Below, one piece after another: positions 1-8,970 of a stretch of 31,265 nt of DNA. The DNA comes from a virus (taxonomy: Duplodnaviria; Caudoviricetes). Position 1 is the stretch's first letter. The number at the start of each line of letters is the position of its first letter. Position numbers and translations under genes: made by a program. The DNA lies in IMG/VR virus record IMGVR_UViG_3300037483_000960, positions 1-31,265 of that record; one strand, 5' to 3'. A model generated the notes under the pieces. That model was not told the origin of the DNA. It did not search any database and worked only from the letters and a program-made list of their open reading frames with translations.

Positions 1-400
1 CGATGAGCACGCTGTCGAGCAGGATGTCCACGTTGGCGCCCGGGAACGCCGTCCCGGCGATGGTGACGTCGGGAGCCCCGGTGCCAGCGAGGTACGTGGA
101 CCCGTCGAGTGGTGAGGTGATGGTGGGAGGGGGAGGAAGCTCCCCGGTGACGGAGACGATGGACAGCGCAGAGGTGGTCCCGTTGACCGTCTGCTGCAGC
201 TCGATCGTGTGCGAACCGAGGCCTGCGTTGAAGGTGTACGCGAAGGCCCCGGCGCCGTCCGCCGTGACCGTGTCGATGAGCACGCTGTCGAGCAGGATGT
301 CCACGTTGGCGCCCGGGAACGCCGTCCCGGCGATGGTGACGTCGGGAGCCCCGGTGCCAGCGAGGTACGTGGACCCGTCGAGTGGTGAGGTGATGGTGGG
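1..400. repeat. Exact 127-bp direct repeat (1-127 = 274-400), period 273 bp = 91-aa Ig-like unit
   Basis: Direct comparison; the first copy is cut by the window edge. Confidence 0.95.
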
Positions 401-2503
401 CTGCGGCAAGGGCACGTCCACGACCTCACCCTCACCCGTCACATGGATGAAGTCGCGGAACACGTCGTTTGGGTAGGACTCGGAGACGTTCCGGGCGTAC
501 TGCATCTCCGAGGCAAAAGGCGTGATGTCGATGCTCTTCACCAGCATGGCCTGCGTCGCCCAGTCTGCGTTGCGCCCGGCCCATTGAATCGCGCCGCTCG
601 GGAACCAGACCCCCACCCAGAAGCGTCCCGGGATGCTCGGGACATGAGTCCTCGTGGTCTTCCGAAGCACGCCGTCGATGTAGAACTCCACTCGCGGGTC
701 CGAGTCGAGGTGCCAGTCATATCCGAGCTCGTGGAACTGGCCGTCCGCCAGGTTCACGCCGTGCTGCACGAAGTCGTCGGTGTACTCCGACCAGTACACC
801 GGATCGTTCACCGGGCTGTAGAGCGGGTCGCTCTGCGGAACGTCCTTGTTCGGCACGTCCCAGTTACGCAGCTCGCCCAGCCAGCAGTTGAACCGCGAGG
901 CGGTGAAGGTCACCGCTTCCTGGTTGGGCGTCGACTTGAGCGCGGTCGGGAACTCGATGTCGATCTCGTGGTTCCGCACGGTGTAGAAGCCGTCGGCCTC
1001 GCTGCCCGACGTGTGCAGCCCGTCCGCCTGGTGCTGCGCCATGACCTCGCTGCCCGGGTAGCCCTCCTCATAGTGAAAGGACCAGAGGGCGTTGCAGACC
1101 CCTTCCACCTGGACGGGCTTCAAGACGACCCTGTATCTCCCCGGGCCGTAGTAGTCGCGAGAGATCAGGCAGGCACCGATGCGCGTATTCACGCCGGACG
1201 GCTGGCCCAGCCGATCCACTCCCTTCACCGGACCCGCGTAGAGGTTCCCGCAGGCCGTGAGCTCGCACAGGCCCGTGAGCCGGTTCACGGTGATGTTGTC
1301 ATTGGTGACGCCACCGTTCGCGCCGCCCCATTGCTTGTGTCCGACCATCAAGGCGGCGTGGATCTGAGGCATGGAAGATGCTTCAAAGCTGATGTGCAAG
1401 CCCATGCTGCGAGGCTTGAATGACCTCACGGTGAAAAAGCGCTTGGTGGAGTCCGCGTGCCCAGGCACTCGACAGATGATCCAGTAGTTGCCATCCGCGA
1501 GGTCGGGGACCGACATCGTGAGCTTGCTGGCCGTCTGCGAGAGGAGGTACGCACCCACGTCGTGCTCGACGCCGTTTGCGACTCCCTTGAAGATGATCTG
1601 GAGCTCCGCTGTCGGGTCAATCACGGCCGCGACGACGGCCTGCGCTGACATGGCGGCGTTGCGTATCGACAGGTCCCTGCAGACCCCCGTGAGATACACG
1701 GTGGAGCTCGCGCCGCTCAAGCCCGCTCCGATCTGTATCGGCACGTCGGTGGCCGGGATGAAGTACGACGACGGGTTCACCGCAACCGAAGCGAAGCTGC
1801 CGGTGTGCGTCTGCAGTTCCAGGACGTTTGGAGCGCCTGGGCGGTGACGGAACGCGAATCCCGTCCACCCGTTGACGGCTACCGTTCCTGGCGCTGTCAG
1901 CTCCTGGACGGATGCGCCGTTCTGGATGCGGGCGTGGAGAACGCCGTCCGATGTGAACCAGACCGCGATGTTCTGGGTGAAGGAGCCGGAGAAGATGACG
2001 AACACGTTCTCGCCGGCACTCGGCCATGCCTTGGGCTTCACCTTCCCGGCGATCTCCCAGAACCGCAAGCCTGTCCCGTCGCCGCCGAGGAGCCCGAGGA
2101 GATCGTAGTTGGCGCCGCCCGTCGCTGGCAAGGACGCGTACTGCTGAGAGGCTGCCGAGAACGCATAGGCCGGCACGCCGTCTTCGACGGTCGGGAGAGG
2201 TAGCGGCGTTCCGTGGAGGTCCAGGCTGCCGAAGTTCTCGCAGGCGTCGGTGCGCGTACCCCTGAGCGTGTAGAACGCGCCGACAGCAGGCGCTGGAGCG
2301 ATGATGTTCGAGAGGCCGTACCCGTTGAGCTCGAGCCCTCCCTGTAGAGGACTGCCCGACCTATACAAGAGGGCCTGAACGTCAACGAGGCCGCTCTGGA
2401 CCGCGACCTCCGCGGAGTAGGTCTCGAGCCACTTCCCGTTCAGCCCGAACAGCGCAAGCCTTTGGGGTTTCCATACACCGTTGTCGAAGACCAGGGTGGC
2501 CAT
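1..2503 (-). CDS. Virion-associated glycoside hydrolase: LamG/ConA-like region, GH16 catalytic domain and C-terminal Ig-like repeats (3' end beyond window)
   Basis: Not in the ORF track because it has no stop in the window. Manual translation from ATG 2503 (MATLVFDNGVWKPQRL...) stays open to base 1. It contains ALWSFHY..NHEIDIEFP (EIDIE at 953-967), DGQFHELGYDW and VEFYIDG, then PTITSPLDGSTY..VTIAGTAFPGANVDILLD repeats. Confidence 0.85.
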   Translation of the reverse strand, partial: MATLVFDNGVWKPQRLALFGLNGKWLETYSAEVAVQSGLVDVQALLYRSGSPLQGGLELNGYGLSNIIAPAPAVGAFYTLRGTRTDACENFGSLDLHGTPLPLPTVEDGVPAYAFSAASQQYASLPATGGANYDLLGLLGGDGTGLRFWEIAGKVKPKAWPSAGENVFVIFSGSFTQNIAVWFTSDGVLHARIQNGASVQELTAPGTVAVNGWTGFAFRHRPGAPNVLELQTHTGSFASVAVNPSSYFIPATDVPIQIGAGLSGASSTVYLTGVCRDLSIRNAAMSAQAVVAAVIDPTAELQIIFKGVANGVEHDVGAYLLSQTASKLTMSVPDLADGNYWIICRVPGHADSTKRFFTVRSFKPRSMGLHISFEASSMPQIHAALMVGHKQWGGANGGVTNDNITVNRLTGLCELTACGNLYAGPVKGVDRLGQPSGVNTRIGACLISRDYYGPGRYRVVLKPVQVEGVCNALWSFHYEEGYPGSEVMAQHQADGLHTSGSEADGFYTVRNHEIDIEFPTALKSTPNQEAVTFTASRFNCWLGELRNWDVPNKDVPQSDPLYSPVNDPVYWSEYTDDFVQHGVNLADGQFHELGYDWHLDSDPRVEFYIDGVLRKTTRTHVPSIPGRFWVGVWFPSGAIQWAGRNADWATQAMLVKSIDITPFASEMQYARNVSESYPNDVFRDFIHVTGEGEVVDVPLPQPTITSPLDGSTYLAGTGAPDVTIAGTAFPGANVDILLDSVLIDTVTADGAGAFAYTFNAGLGSHTIELQQTVNGTTSALSIVSVTGELPPPPTITSPLDGSTYLAGTGAPDVTIAGTAFPGANVDILLDSVLI

Positions 2504-2505
2504 GT

Positions 2506-3180
2506 CTACTCAGTCACGATCCACTGTTCGCCGTCCCAAGGGATGCTGTTGGGCGCTCCCGCGCTGACCGTGCGAAGAGGCACGTACACCGGCGCGCTCT
2601 CGGCCGAGGTCCCGCTTCCGTTCGAGGCCCTGGCGGTCAGAGCAGAACCCGGCATGAGTTCCGGCACATTCAGCGACCAGGAACCGCCCGTGCCGACAGG
2701 CACGAGCCCCGCGACCGAGCCGTCCACCAGCAGCGTCACAGTGGAGCCCGGATCCGCGCTGCCGGAGACGACGGTCTCCGCGATCCACGTGACCGTCGGC
2801 ACCGCCGGCACGTCGCCAGTCGCGGGCCACGACCCCGAGACGAGCCCGAGATCGGTCGTCGCGACGAACGACAGCGAGAGCTGCCGCGCCGCTCGATGGA
2901 ACGCGAGATCCAGCGTCGGCAGCCCAGTCACGTGCGGCACAGCCAGGATCGCCTTCTTGAAGACCGATCGAACGAGCGAGAGATTCGGGTTCTTGACGAG
3001 GACCTGGTCGAAGTAGGGCATCCCGACAGTCGGGTCGATGAACCACTCCCCTTTCACGAGCGAGAGGCTGGTCTCTATGGCCTGGCGGACCCAGGCCGCC
3101 CCACCGACGAGCTGCAGCTGCCCACCCGAGAGGTCGAGCTCGTTGCCGCCGCGGAGCTTGAGATCGAAGGTGTCCGGCAT
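2506..3180 (-). CDS. Baseplate wedge protein (Mu gp46 / gp25 / DUF2634-like) with C-terminal Ig-like domain
   Basis: VRQAIETSLSLVKGEWFIDPTVGMPYFDQVLVK motif, then VSGSADPGSTVTLLVDG..GSWSL Ig-like segment. Confidence 0.75.
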   Translation of the reverse strand: MPDTFDLKLRGGNELDLSGGQLQLVGGAAWVRQAIETSLSLVKGEWFIDPTVGMPYFDQVLVKNPNLSLVRSVFKKAILAVPHVTGLPTLDLAFHRAARQLSLSFVATTDLGLVSGSWPATGDVPAVPTVTWIAETVVSGSADPGSTVTLLVDGSVAGLVPVGTGGSWSLNVPELMPGSALTARASNGSGTSAESAPVYVPLRTVSAGAPNSIPWDGEQWIVTE

Positions 3181-3194
3181 GACCGAGCCTTGCG

Positions 3195-3548
3195 CTACTG
3201 GCCCATCTTGCGAAGGACGATGGTGAAGAAGCCGCCGAGCTCATCCCAGGGCTCGACGGACTCGACCTCGTAGGTCGCGCCGCGGTAGACGACGCGATCG
3301 GAGAGCGAGCCGCCCGCGGTCGCCACGCGAAGCTCGGTGGTGGTGTAGAGCTTCACCCGCTCGCGTGACCGCTCGCCCTCGGGAAGCCGCAAGAGGTCGC
3401 GTGACCCGAGCGGCTGCACGCACCCCGTCAGCACGAAGGACTGGGTCGCGCCCTCCTGGTAGACGCCGCCGGTGGTGGTCCCGGGCGTCGGCCGCGTGAC
3501 GTTGTAGGTCCCGGTCGCGAAGGACGAGATCGCGTCGGCGAGGCTCAA
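3195..3548 (-). CDS. Head closure / head-tail adaptor protein
   Basis: GCVQP..DLLRLPEGER..SDRVVYRGATYEVESVEPW; TTG start overlapping the upstream TGA; GAGGAGGAG RBS; gene position. Confidence 0.75.
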   Translation of the reverse strand: MSLADAISSFATGTYNVTRPTPGTTTGGVYQEGATQSFVLTGCVQPLGSRDLLRLPEGERSRERVKLYTTTELRVATAGGSLSDRVVYRGATYEVESVEPWDELGGFFTIVLRKMGQ

Positions 3549-4135
3549 GGCTCCTCCTCGCCGACGATGGTGGCGCTACCTCGGTGCGCGGTGGGGCCGA
3601 TCCCTCGACCCGCCAGGACGACGGCGTGGTCGATGGCGGCGACGAGCCGGCCGGTGTCTACGAGCGGTCGTGGCGCATCCTTGGCGGGCGTCTTCCGCCA
3701 GCTGCCCTTGCGCTGCTTCGCCTTGACGGTCGAGGGCGCGAGCGGCGGCGGAATGCCAGAGCCTTCGAGGATCGCGTTCTTCATGTCCGACTTCATCTTC
3801 ATGCCCATGATGTTGAGGACATTCGAGATAGTCGTCTTTCCGTCGTAGACGGCTGGGATGAGCTTGCGCAGGAGCTCGAGGTACTCCTCGCGCTTCGCGT
3901 CGAAGGTGCTGCGGATGAATGAGCGCTCCGGGACGTGCTCCGTGCCGAACTCATGGATAGCCGCGAGCACCACATTGGTCATGACCTCGGCTGTCGTCTT
4001 CGCTTCGGCCTGGTGCTCGACCGCTGCAGCCTTCTCGCCGAGCAGGCCGATCTTGGCGTAGGAGTCGCGCCCGCGCAGGGAGCGCAGAGTCTCCTTGAGT
4101 GCGTTCCATCCGAGGTCGCGATCGGTAACGCCCAT
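3545..4135 (-). CDS. Neck / tail-completion protein (HK97 gp10-like)
   Basis: LAAIHEFGT..VPERSFIRST and PPLAPSTVKAK..PLVDTGRL motifs; start taken as ATG 4135 (TGATG coupling). Confidence 0.8.
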   Translation of the reverse strand: MGVTDRDLGWNALKETLRSLRGRDSYAKIGLLGEKAAAVEHQAEAKTTAEVMTNVVLAAIHEFGTEHVPERSFIRSTFDAKREEYLELLRKLIPAVYDGKTTISNVLNIMGMKMKSDMKNAILEGSGIPPPLAPSTVKAKQRKGSWRKTPAKDAPRPLVDTGRLVAAIDHAVVLAGRGIGPTAHRGSATIVGEEEP

Positions 4136-4479
4136 CAGATCACCGAGAAACCGAGGCCGAGCGTTGCGCGAAGGCGGAGGTAGGCCTGGCCGGCGAGGCT
4201 TCGCTCGTAGCCTTGGGTTGAGCTGTATGGAGCGACCGCGTAACTCCTCGAGACGCCGCCCACGCTTTCGCTCTGAACCTGGCCGGTGAGGAGCTCTGGA
4301 TGCGCGAGGAAGAGGCTGTGAGCGGCGAGGTGGATGGTGGCGAGGTCGGTTTGCGCGCCCCACACGGCAGCGGGGACGAGTAGGGCCGCGTCACCGATGG
4401 CCGCGGTCCATTCGCTGGGGTCGGTGACCGGGGCGAGCTTCGGCCAGCGCGCGAGAATGTCGGCCTGGGCGACCGCCAT
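4135..4479 (-). CDS. Head-tail connector (DUF4054-like)
   Basis: HLAAHSL..QVQSESVGGVSRSY..LAGQAYLRLR; position downstream of the capsid gene. Confidence 0.8.
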   Translation of the reverse strand: MAVAQADILARWPKLAPVTDPSEWTAAIGDAALLVPAAVWGAQTDLATIHLAAHSLFLAHPELLTGQVQSESVGGVSRSYAVAPYSSTQGYERSLAGQAYLRLRATLGLGFSVI

Positions 4480-4482
4480 GCT

Positions 4483-4707
4483 CTACCCTCCCCGCTCGAG
4501 CTTCAGCATCGCCTCGCGGAAGGCGGCGTCGCACCGCAAGCGGTCGCACCAGACCCGCGGACCATCGCCACCGGGCGGATTCACGCTCCGTACCCAATCG
4601 CTCGGAGCCGTGAGGTTCACGTGCCAGTCGTACGTGAGCGGCGACCGCGTCTCGATCTCCGCGCCGCACAGCTCGCACTTGAAGATGAGATGGACGAAGA
4701 CGGGCAT
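4483..4707 (-). CDS. Small Cys-containing hypothetical protein (possible Zn ribbon)
   Basis: CELC..CDRLRC; fills the gap between neighbours; GAGGG RBS-like site. Confidence 0.6.
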   Translation of the reverse strand: MPVFVHLIFKCELCGAEIETRSPLTYDWHVNLTAPSDWVRSVNPPGGDGPRVWCDRLRCDAAFREAMLKLERGG

Positions 4708-4716
4708 GGTCCCTCG

Positions 4717-5112
4717 CTACTTCTCCTTCGGGACCTCGATGTTCTTCATCTGGAGCTCGATCGCGTCGAGGACCGGCCGGCGCCGTTCCGCGCTCGACCA
4801 CTTCTCGAGCAAGCTGCGATCGACGGTACGCTTCACGAGGTCGAGCGCCTCGCGTTGCTGGTACTTCCCTATCTCGGGCGCGGAGCGCGTCACCTTGAGG
4901 GCGCCCGTGCTCAAGTAGTGCTTCACGAGCTCGATCTTCTCCGCCTGTTCCCAGGCCGCTTCGTCGACCTCGTTGAGGCCTGGCAGGAGAGCGTCCTTGG
5001 GAGGCAGTGGAGCACCGGCGGAGGTCGCCTGAACAGCCGGCGTCACGCGCAGCGGAAGATCCGCGATGCAGTGGATCCGGTCCTCGCAGTTCTCGACCAT
5101 TATCGTTCGCAT
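4717..5112 (-). CDS. Hypothetical phage protein downstream of major capsid
   Basis: LLPGLNEVDEAAWE segment; C-terminal E-RR-VLDAIE helix; GC-rich third positions. Confidence 0.7.
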   Translation of the reverse strand: MRTIMVENCEDRIHCIADLPLRVTPAVQATSAGAPLPPKDALLPGLNEVDEAAWEQAEKIELVKHYLSTGALKVTRSAPEIGKYQQREALDLVKRTVDRSLLEKWSSAERRRPVLDAIELQMKNIEVPKEK

Positions 5113-5146
5113 ATTCTCTTTCCTGCCTGTCCTTCTAAGAAGGGAA

Positions 5147-5173
5147 CGCCCGCGCCAGCAAAGGCCGCGGGCG
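5147..5173 (-). terminator. Possible intrinsic terminator after major capsid gene
   Basis: CGCCCGCG (5147-5154) / CGCGGGCG (5166-5173) inverted repeat followed by TTCCCTTCTT on the minus strand. Confidence 0.45.
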
Positions 5174-5200
5174 CCTCACTCGCGAGTGAAAGGCGCGTCG

Positions 5201-6142
5201 TTAGATGCCGTCCCCGTAAGTCACGCTCATAGGGTAGGGACAGATCACCCCGCCGATTTCCCCTTCACACGGAACGTCAACGGCGAGGTTGCGAAGCTGG
5301 GGGGGCTGCTGGGTGAACTCCATGGGGATCTCGAGCGTGAGCTTGTCGGGGCTGCGCTTGTACGCGATCATGCGGTCGGTCCCGCCCGCGCCCGCGCCCT
5401 TGCAACGGAACCAGGGGATGACGGTCTTGATGAACGGGTTCGACCCGAGGAAGAACTTCAGGATGGTGGTGTCGGAGACCGAGGCGCGCGGCGTCGATGA
5501 CGCGTAGTTGTACTGATCGATCGGGAGCAGGAGGGTGTCCGGCATCTCGATGCCGTTCGTGAGGCCCACGCTCTTGTTCGATACGCCGTTGAAGTCGCGG
5601 ATGATCTGGTCAGGGGTCTTGTTGATGAGCAGCGCAGAGCCGCCACCACCACCAGCCCCGTCGGCGGGGACCGTGTAGACGTTCGCGTTGGGAAGCGTGA
5701 GGAGTCCGAGAAGGCCCTCGGAGTTTCCGAGCGCGGAGACCACGTCGACAGCGAGCTCGAAGCCGAAGCGCGCGGCGGAGGCCTTGCGCCCATCGAGGTT
5801 GACGTTCGACATGATCGAAGCGCGCAGCTCGCGATTCGAGTAGCCGTAGGCGATGCCGTACCCGTGAACGGGAGACCGCTCTTCGCGGACCTTCACGTCG
5901 GCGCGCGGCAGATTGTCCGAGTACGACCGGATGCGCTGGGCGAGGCCGACCTTGTCGAAGATGTCGTACTTGATGGTCTCGGCGCCGGCCGGGACTTCGT
6001 GCGACACGGGGATGAGCTGTCGACCGAGGAAGTCTGGGTAGGGCTGCTCGTAGACCTTCGACTTCACGTACTCGAGTTTCCTCTCGATGAACGCGTTGTC
6101 CGCGGCATCGAGATGGGGGATGTGAATGCTGACGCGCGGCAT
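5201..6142 (-). CDS. Major capsid protein (DUF2184 type)
   Basis: 313 aa; ERKLEYVKSKVYEQPYP..LIPV, GLLGLLTLPN, KTPDQIIRD, PDTLLLP, GGVICPYP..DGI; AGGAG RBS. Confidence 0.9.
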   Translation of the reverse strand: MPRVSIHIPHLDAADNAFIERKLEYVKSKVYEQPYPDFLGRQLIPVSHEVPAGAETIKYDIFDKVGLAQRIRSYSDNLPRADVKVREERSPVHGYGIAYGYSNRELRASIMSNVNLDGRKASAARFGFELAVDVVSALGNSEGLLGLLTLPNANVYTVPADGAGGGGGSALLINKTPDQIIRDFNGVSNKSVGLTNGIEMPDTLLLPIDQYNYASSTPRASVSDTTILKFFLGSNPFIKTVIPWFRCKGAGAGGTDRMIAYKRSPDKLTLEIPMEFTQQPPQLRNLAVDVPCEGEIGGVICPYPMSVTYGDGI

Positions 6143-6163
6143 GGTCGCTCCTGTTGGTCGGCG

Positions 6164-6673
6164 TTAGCCGTTCGCCGTGAAGACGTTGATGTAGAGGGGA
6201 ACGATCGAGCCCGCGCCGCCGGACTTCTTGAAGTAGGCGCCTACGACGGCACGCGCGCTCGCGGTGTCGGCGCTCTTCCGCCAAGCGCCGAGCACCGAGC
6301 CACCGGGACCAGACTCGAACCGGACAAAGGCGTTGTCTCCCTGGACGACGGCCTCCTCGACCTTGACCAAGACGACGCCCTCTTCCATGAGGTCGAAGCG
6401 ATCGTCGGTGGGAATGCCAGCATCGCTCGCCCACGCTGTGGAGCCGATCGTGTTGACGTCGTGGCGGTGGACGGCGATGCCGGCGAGCTTGTCGCCGGTG
6501 GCGGCGAGGTAGACCGCCTCATCGTCGTTGGTGCCCTTCTTCATGGCGACGCCGAAGGGCATGGGGGCGCCGGTCTTGTTCACGGCGCTGGCGATGCGCC
6601 GCGGCCCCTCATCGGCGATCTGGCCGGGGAAGCCAACTGCTGGAGCGAGGGGGTAGCTGGTGATCCCTGGCAT
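6164..6673 (-). CDS. Head decoration / cement protein
   Basis: GFPGQIAD..MPFGVAM..EGVVLVKVEEAV; lies between protease and capsid genes. Confidence 0.75.
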   Translation of the reverse strand: MPGITSYPLAPAVGFPGQIADEGPRRIASAVNKTGAPMPFGVAMKKGTNDDEAVYLAATGDKLAGIAVHRHDVNTIGSTAWASDAGIPTDDRFDLMEEGVVLVKVEEAVVQGDNAFVRFESGPGGSVLGAWRKSADTASARAVVGAYFKKSGGAGSIVPLYINVFTANG

Positions 6674-6721
6674 GTTCTCTTCTCCTGTCGAAGCGCTTTT
6701 GCGGCGGGGAAACCTTCGCGG

Positions 6722-8416
6722 CTATGCCGTCATGCCGACGTTGGGTTTCTTCCAGGCGTCCTCTGACGTCTTGGTGTTCTTCTTGTGGACCTCGTCAGCG
6801 TCCAGGTGCTCGGGCTCGTCCTTGCGATCTTGAGGAGCACCCGTCGCGCCGCGAGCAGCGGCGAGGCCCCGCGAGGCCGCGGTCTTCTCTTGCGAGACGA
6901 GGGCGCCCCGGTAGACCGCCTCCACGAAGGCGTCCGGCTCGCCGTCGAGCTTCACGTCGGGGAGGATCTTCATGATGACGGCCTCCTTGATCTTCCGGTC
7001 GGAGAGCTCATCGATCTTGGCCTGGGCGCCGAGGATACCCTTGGCCTTGTCTTCGAGCGCGACGCGGGCGCGGATGAGCTGCGGGAGGGCGTCCTGGGCG
7101 TCCTTGCGCGTCTTCTCGAGCTCGGTGACCTTCGATTCGGCCACGGTGGCGCGGGCGCGGAAGGCGTCGGTGTCGGCCTTCGCCTGGGTCGCGGCCTGCG
7201 CGGCGTCGGCGCGAGCCTGCTTGAGCGTCTTCTCCGACCCGTCGGCCCTCTCGTCACGCGCGGCGAGGGCGCGCTCGATGAGCTGTGCGCCCTGATCGTT
7301 CGCTACCTCGACCTCGATGCCGTCGATCTTGATCTTCACCATTCGATCCTCGGTGGTTCGGTTCTTGGGGCCTGGCAGCGGCTCGTCACAGATCCCGCGT
7401 ATCGCCACCCCGTCGGCCGTGTCCAGCTTGAGCCGCAGATCGGGCCCGCCTCGGGCAGTGCCGACCACGGCAACGTGATTTCCGCGGATGTTCCGCTGGA
7501 TGCAGTCGTAGCGCTGGCCCTGGTACTCCCCGGGCGCGTCCTCGAGGTCGCACGTGTAGCCGCAGGAGAGCTTGTCCTTGCCGGCGGTGACGGCTTTCAC
7601 GAGGTCGGCGTCGGTGATGAGGACGGTGGCGCGGACCTTGTCTCCGTCGCGCCTCACGGTCTCGCCGAGGTGGCCGCGCTGGTACTCGCGAGTGTTTTCG
7701 GAGTCGAGGAGTCCATCGGGAGGATGGTTGTCGGTGATGGGGACCATCGCGAAAGACGCGAGCGCGTCGGAGTGGAAGACGACGTCCTCGGGCCGGAGCT
7801 CGCGGCGCATCGAGCCGTCACCGCGGCGGTACTCCTGGATCCCGGTGCGCGCGATCGCGGCGTCCGCCTTGAGCCAGCCGTTGGGAAGGAGCGTGGGGCC
7901 ATCGAGGCGCTCGATGACATCGAAGCGTCGGACGGTGCGCGTGATGGCGCTGTCCTTCTTGGTCCTCTCGAGCGTCCTGCTGTAGCCGCTGGCCTCGGTC
8001 GCCCGGCGCGACATCAGCGCGGCCTCGTCTGTGCTGTCCTCCGCGCTACCGCTTGGATGCGTCCGATGGAACTGTGCGGCGCGGACGTGCTGGACCCATG
8101 CCTGCTCGTGCGCGTTGCCGCTCTGTGAGTGTAGGCCGTGCTCGTCGACCTTGGCGCGGTGGAAGCGCGCCGCCTCATTGTGGGAGCGCTCGTCCTTCGC
8201 CGACCCGGCAGCGGCCCAACGACCGTGATCGTCGCGAGGCACCTCGGCATCGCTACGCTCAGTGTCGCCGCGCTCCTTCTCAGGGGGGGCGCTGGCGTAG
8301 AGCGCTCGCTGCTGCGCCTTGGCGTCCTCCTCGGTGTCGTGCTCCCCGTGGACCTCGCCGGTCTCCGCGTTGACGCACGCCCATCTCTCGCCTCGCTTCT
8401 CGACCGCGTATGGCAT
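6722..8416 (-). CDS. DUF2213 prohead protease/scaffold with N-terminal extension
   Basis: IARTGIQEY..VPITDNHP..LSCGYTCDL..QRNIRGNHVAVVGTARGG; coiled-coil C-terminus. Start moved to ATG 8416 (MPYAVEKRG) because upstream DNA is low-complexity/promoter sequence. Confidence 0.88.
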   Translation of the reverse strand: MPYAVEKRGERWACVNAETGEVHGEHDTEEDAKAQQRALYASAPPEKERGDTERSDAEVPRDDHGRWAAAGSAKDERSHNEAARFHRAKVDEHGLHSQSGNAHEQAWVQHVRAAQFHRTHPSGSAEDSTDEAALMSRRATEASGYSRTLERTKKDSAITRTVRRFDVIERLDGPTLLPNGWLKADAAIARTGIQEYRRGDGSMRRELRPEDVVFHSDALASFAMVPITDNHPPDGLLDSENTREYQRGHLGETVRRDGDKVRATVLITDADLVKAVTAGKDKLSCGYTCDLEDAPGEYQGQRYDCIQRNIRGNHVAVVGTARGGPDLRLKLDTADGVAIRGICDEPLPGPKNRTTEDRMVKIKIDGIEVEVANDQGAQLIERALAARDERADGSEKTLKQARADAAQAATQAKADTDAFRARATVAESKVTELEKTRKDAQDALPQLIRARVALEDKAKGILGAQAKIDELSDRKIKEAVIMKILPDVKLDGEPDAFVEAVYRGALVSQEKTAASRGLAAARGATGAPQDRKDEPEHLDADEVHKKNTKTSEDAWKKPNVGMTA

Positions 8417-8430
8417 GGCCCCCACGTATC
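8414..8430 (-). promoter_or_regulatory. Putative late-gene motif GATACG-TGGGGGCC-ATG
   Basis: 17-bp exact match to 23278-23294; 11-bp core also at 20387-20397. Confidence 0.65.
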
Positions 8431-8645
8431 GCAGCGCGCCCGCTCGCGCGCCCACGCGCCCCACGCGCCACGCCCTCCCCACGCGCCCCACGGCCCCTCC
8501 CCACGCCCTCCTCGCGACCTTCCCGCGCGCCCCACGCCCGCGCCCATGCGACCTCCCCACGCGCTCCCCTCCCCCGCGCCATGGCGCGCCATATGGCCGC
8601 CGCTCGCCCCTGCGCGGCCTCCCACGCCCCTGCAAGCGCCCGCGA
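8431..8645. repeat. C-rich low-complexity intergenic tract with recurring CCCACGC units
   Basis: Strong C>G skew on the + strand; diverged similarity to 11380-11580. Confidence 0.7.
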
Positions 8646-8675
8646 GCGACCTGTTTAGGCCCGGTTCTCCTGCGC

Positions 8676-8738
8676 TTACCCGAATGGCGATCTTGTCTTG
8701 CGTCCAGGTTTGACCTGCGACCGTGGATAAGGCATACT
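8676..8738 (+). promoter_or_regulatory. Island promoter P1
   Basis: TTACCCGAAT 8676-8685; TTGACC 8710-8715; 17-bp spacer with CGACCGT; CATACT 8733-8738. Confidence 0.85.
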
Positions 8739-8768
8739 CGAAACATCAAAGGCGAGGCACACGACGCA

Positions 8769-8957
8769 ATGCGACGACCAAATACGAACAGACCCAGAGG
8801 CAGGGCTTTGCACTATCAAGAGATCATCTGTACTGCCCCGATGGCGGACGCCGAGCTCGGGGAGGCGCCCTTCGCTGGGCTCACGGACAGCAGCGATCCG
8901 GCCTGGAACAGCGACGATCACGCGGATGACGAGCGCAGGACGGCTCGCGGCACCTGA
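8769..8957 (+). CDS. Small hypothetical protein (62 aa, acidic C-terminal half)
   Basis: First ATG after P1, GGCGAGG upstream; stop lies next to the RBS of the following gene. Confidence 0.45.
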   Translation: MRRPNTNRPRGRALHYQEIICTAPMADAELGEAPFAGLTDSSDPAWNSDDHADDERRTARGT

Positions 8958-8970
8958 GAGGAAAACACCC

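Noticed and set aside
1-400. 127-bp repeat as a diversity-generating retroelement TR/VR pair
   Set aside because: The copies are identical with no adenine-specific mismatches, lie in frame within one gene, and no reverse transcriptase is present in the window.
8431-8740. Frpo-like single-stranded DNA promoters
   Set aside because: I could not find flanking sequence complementary to the -35/-10 boxes by eye; folding software would be needed to exclude it fully.
8417-8749. 111-codon N-terminal extension of the DUF2213 ORF in the track
   Set aside because: It runs through the low-complexity tract and promoter P1; ATG 8416 has the shared late motif.
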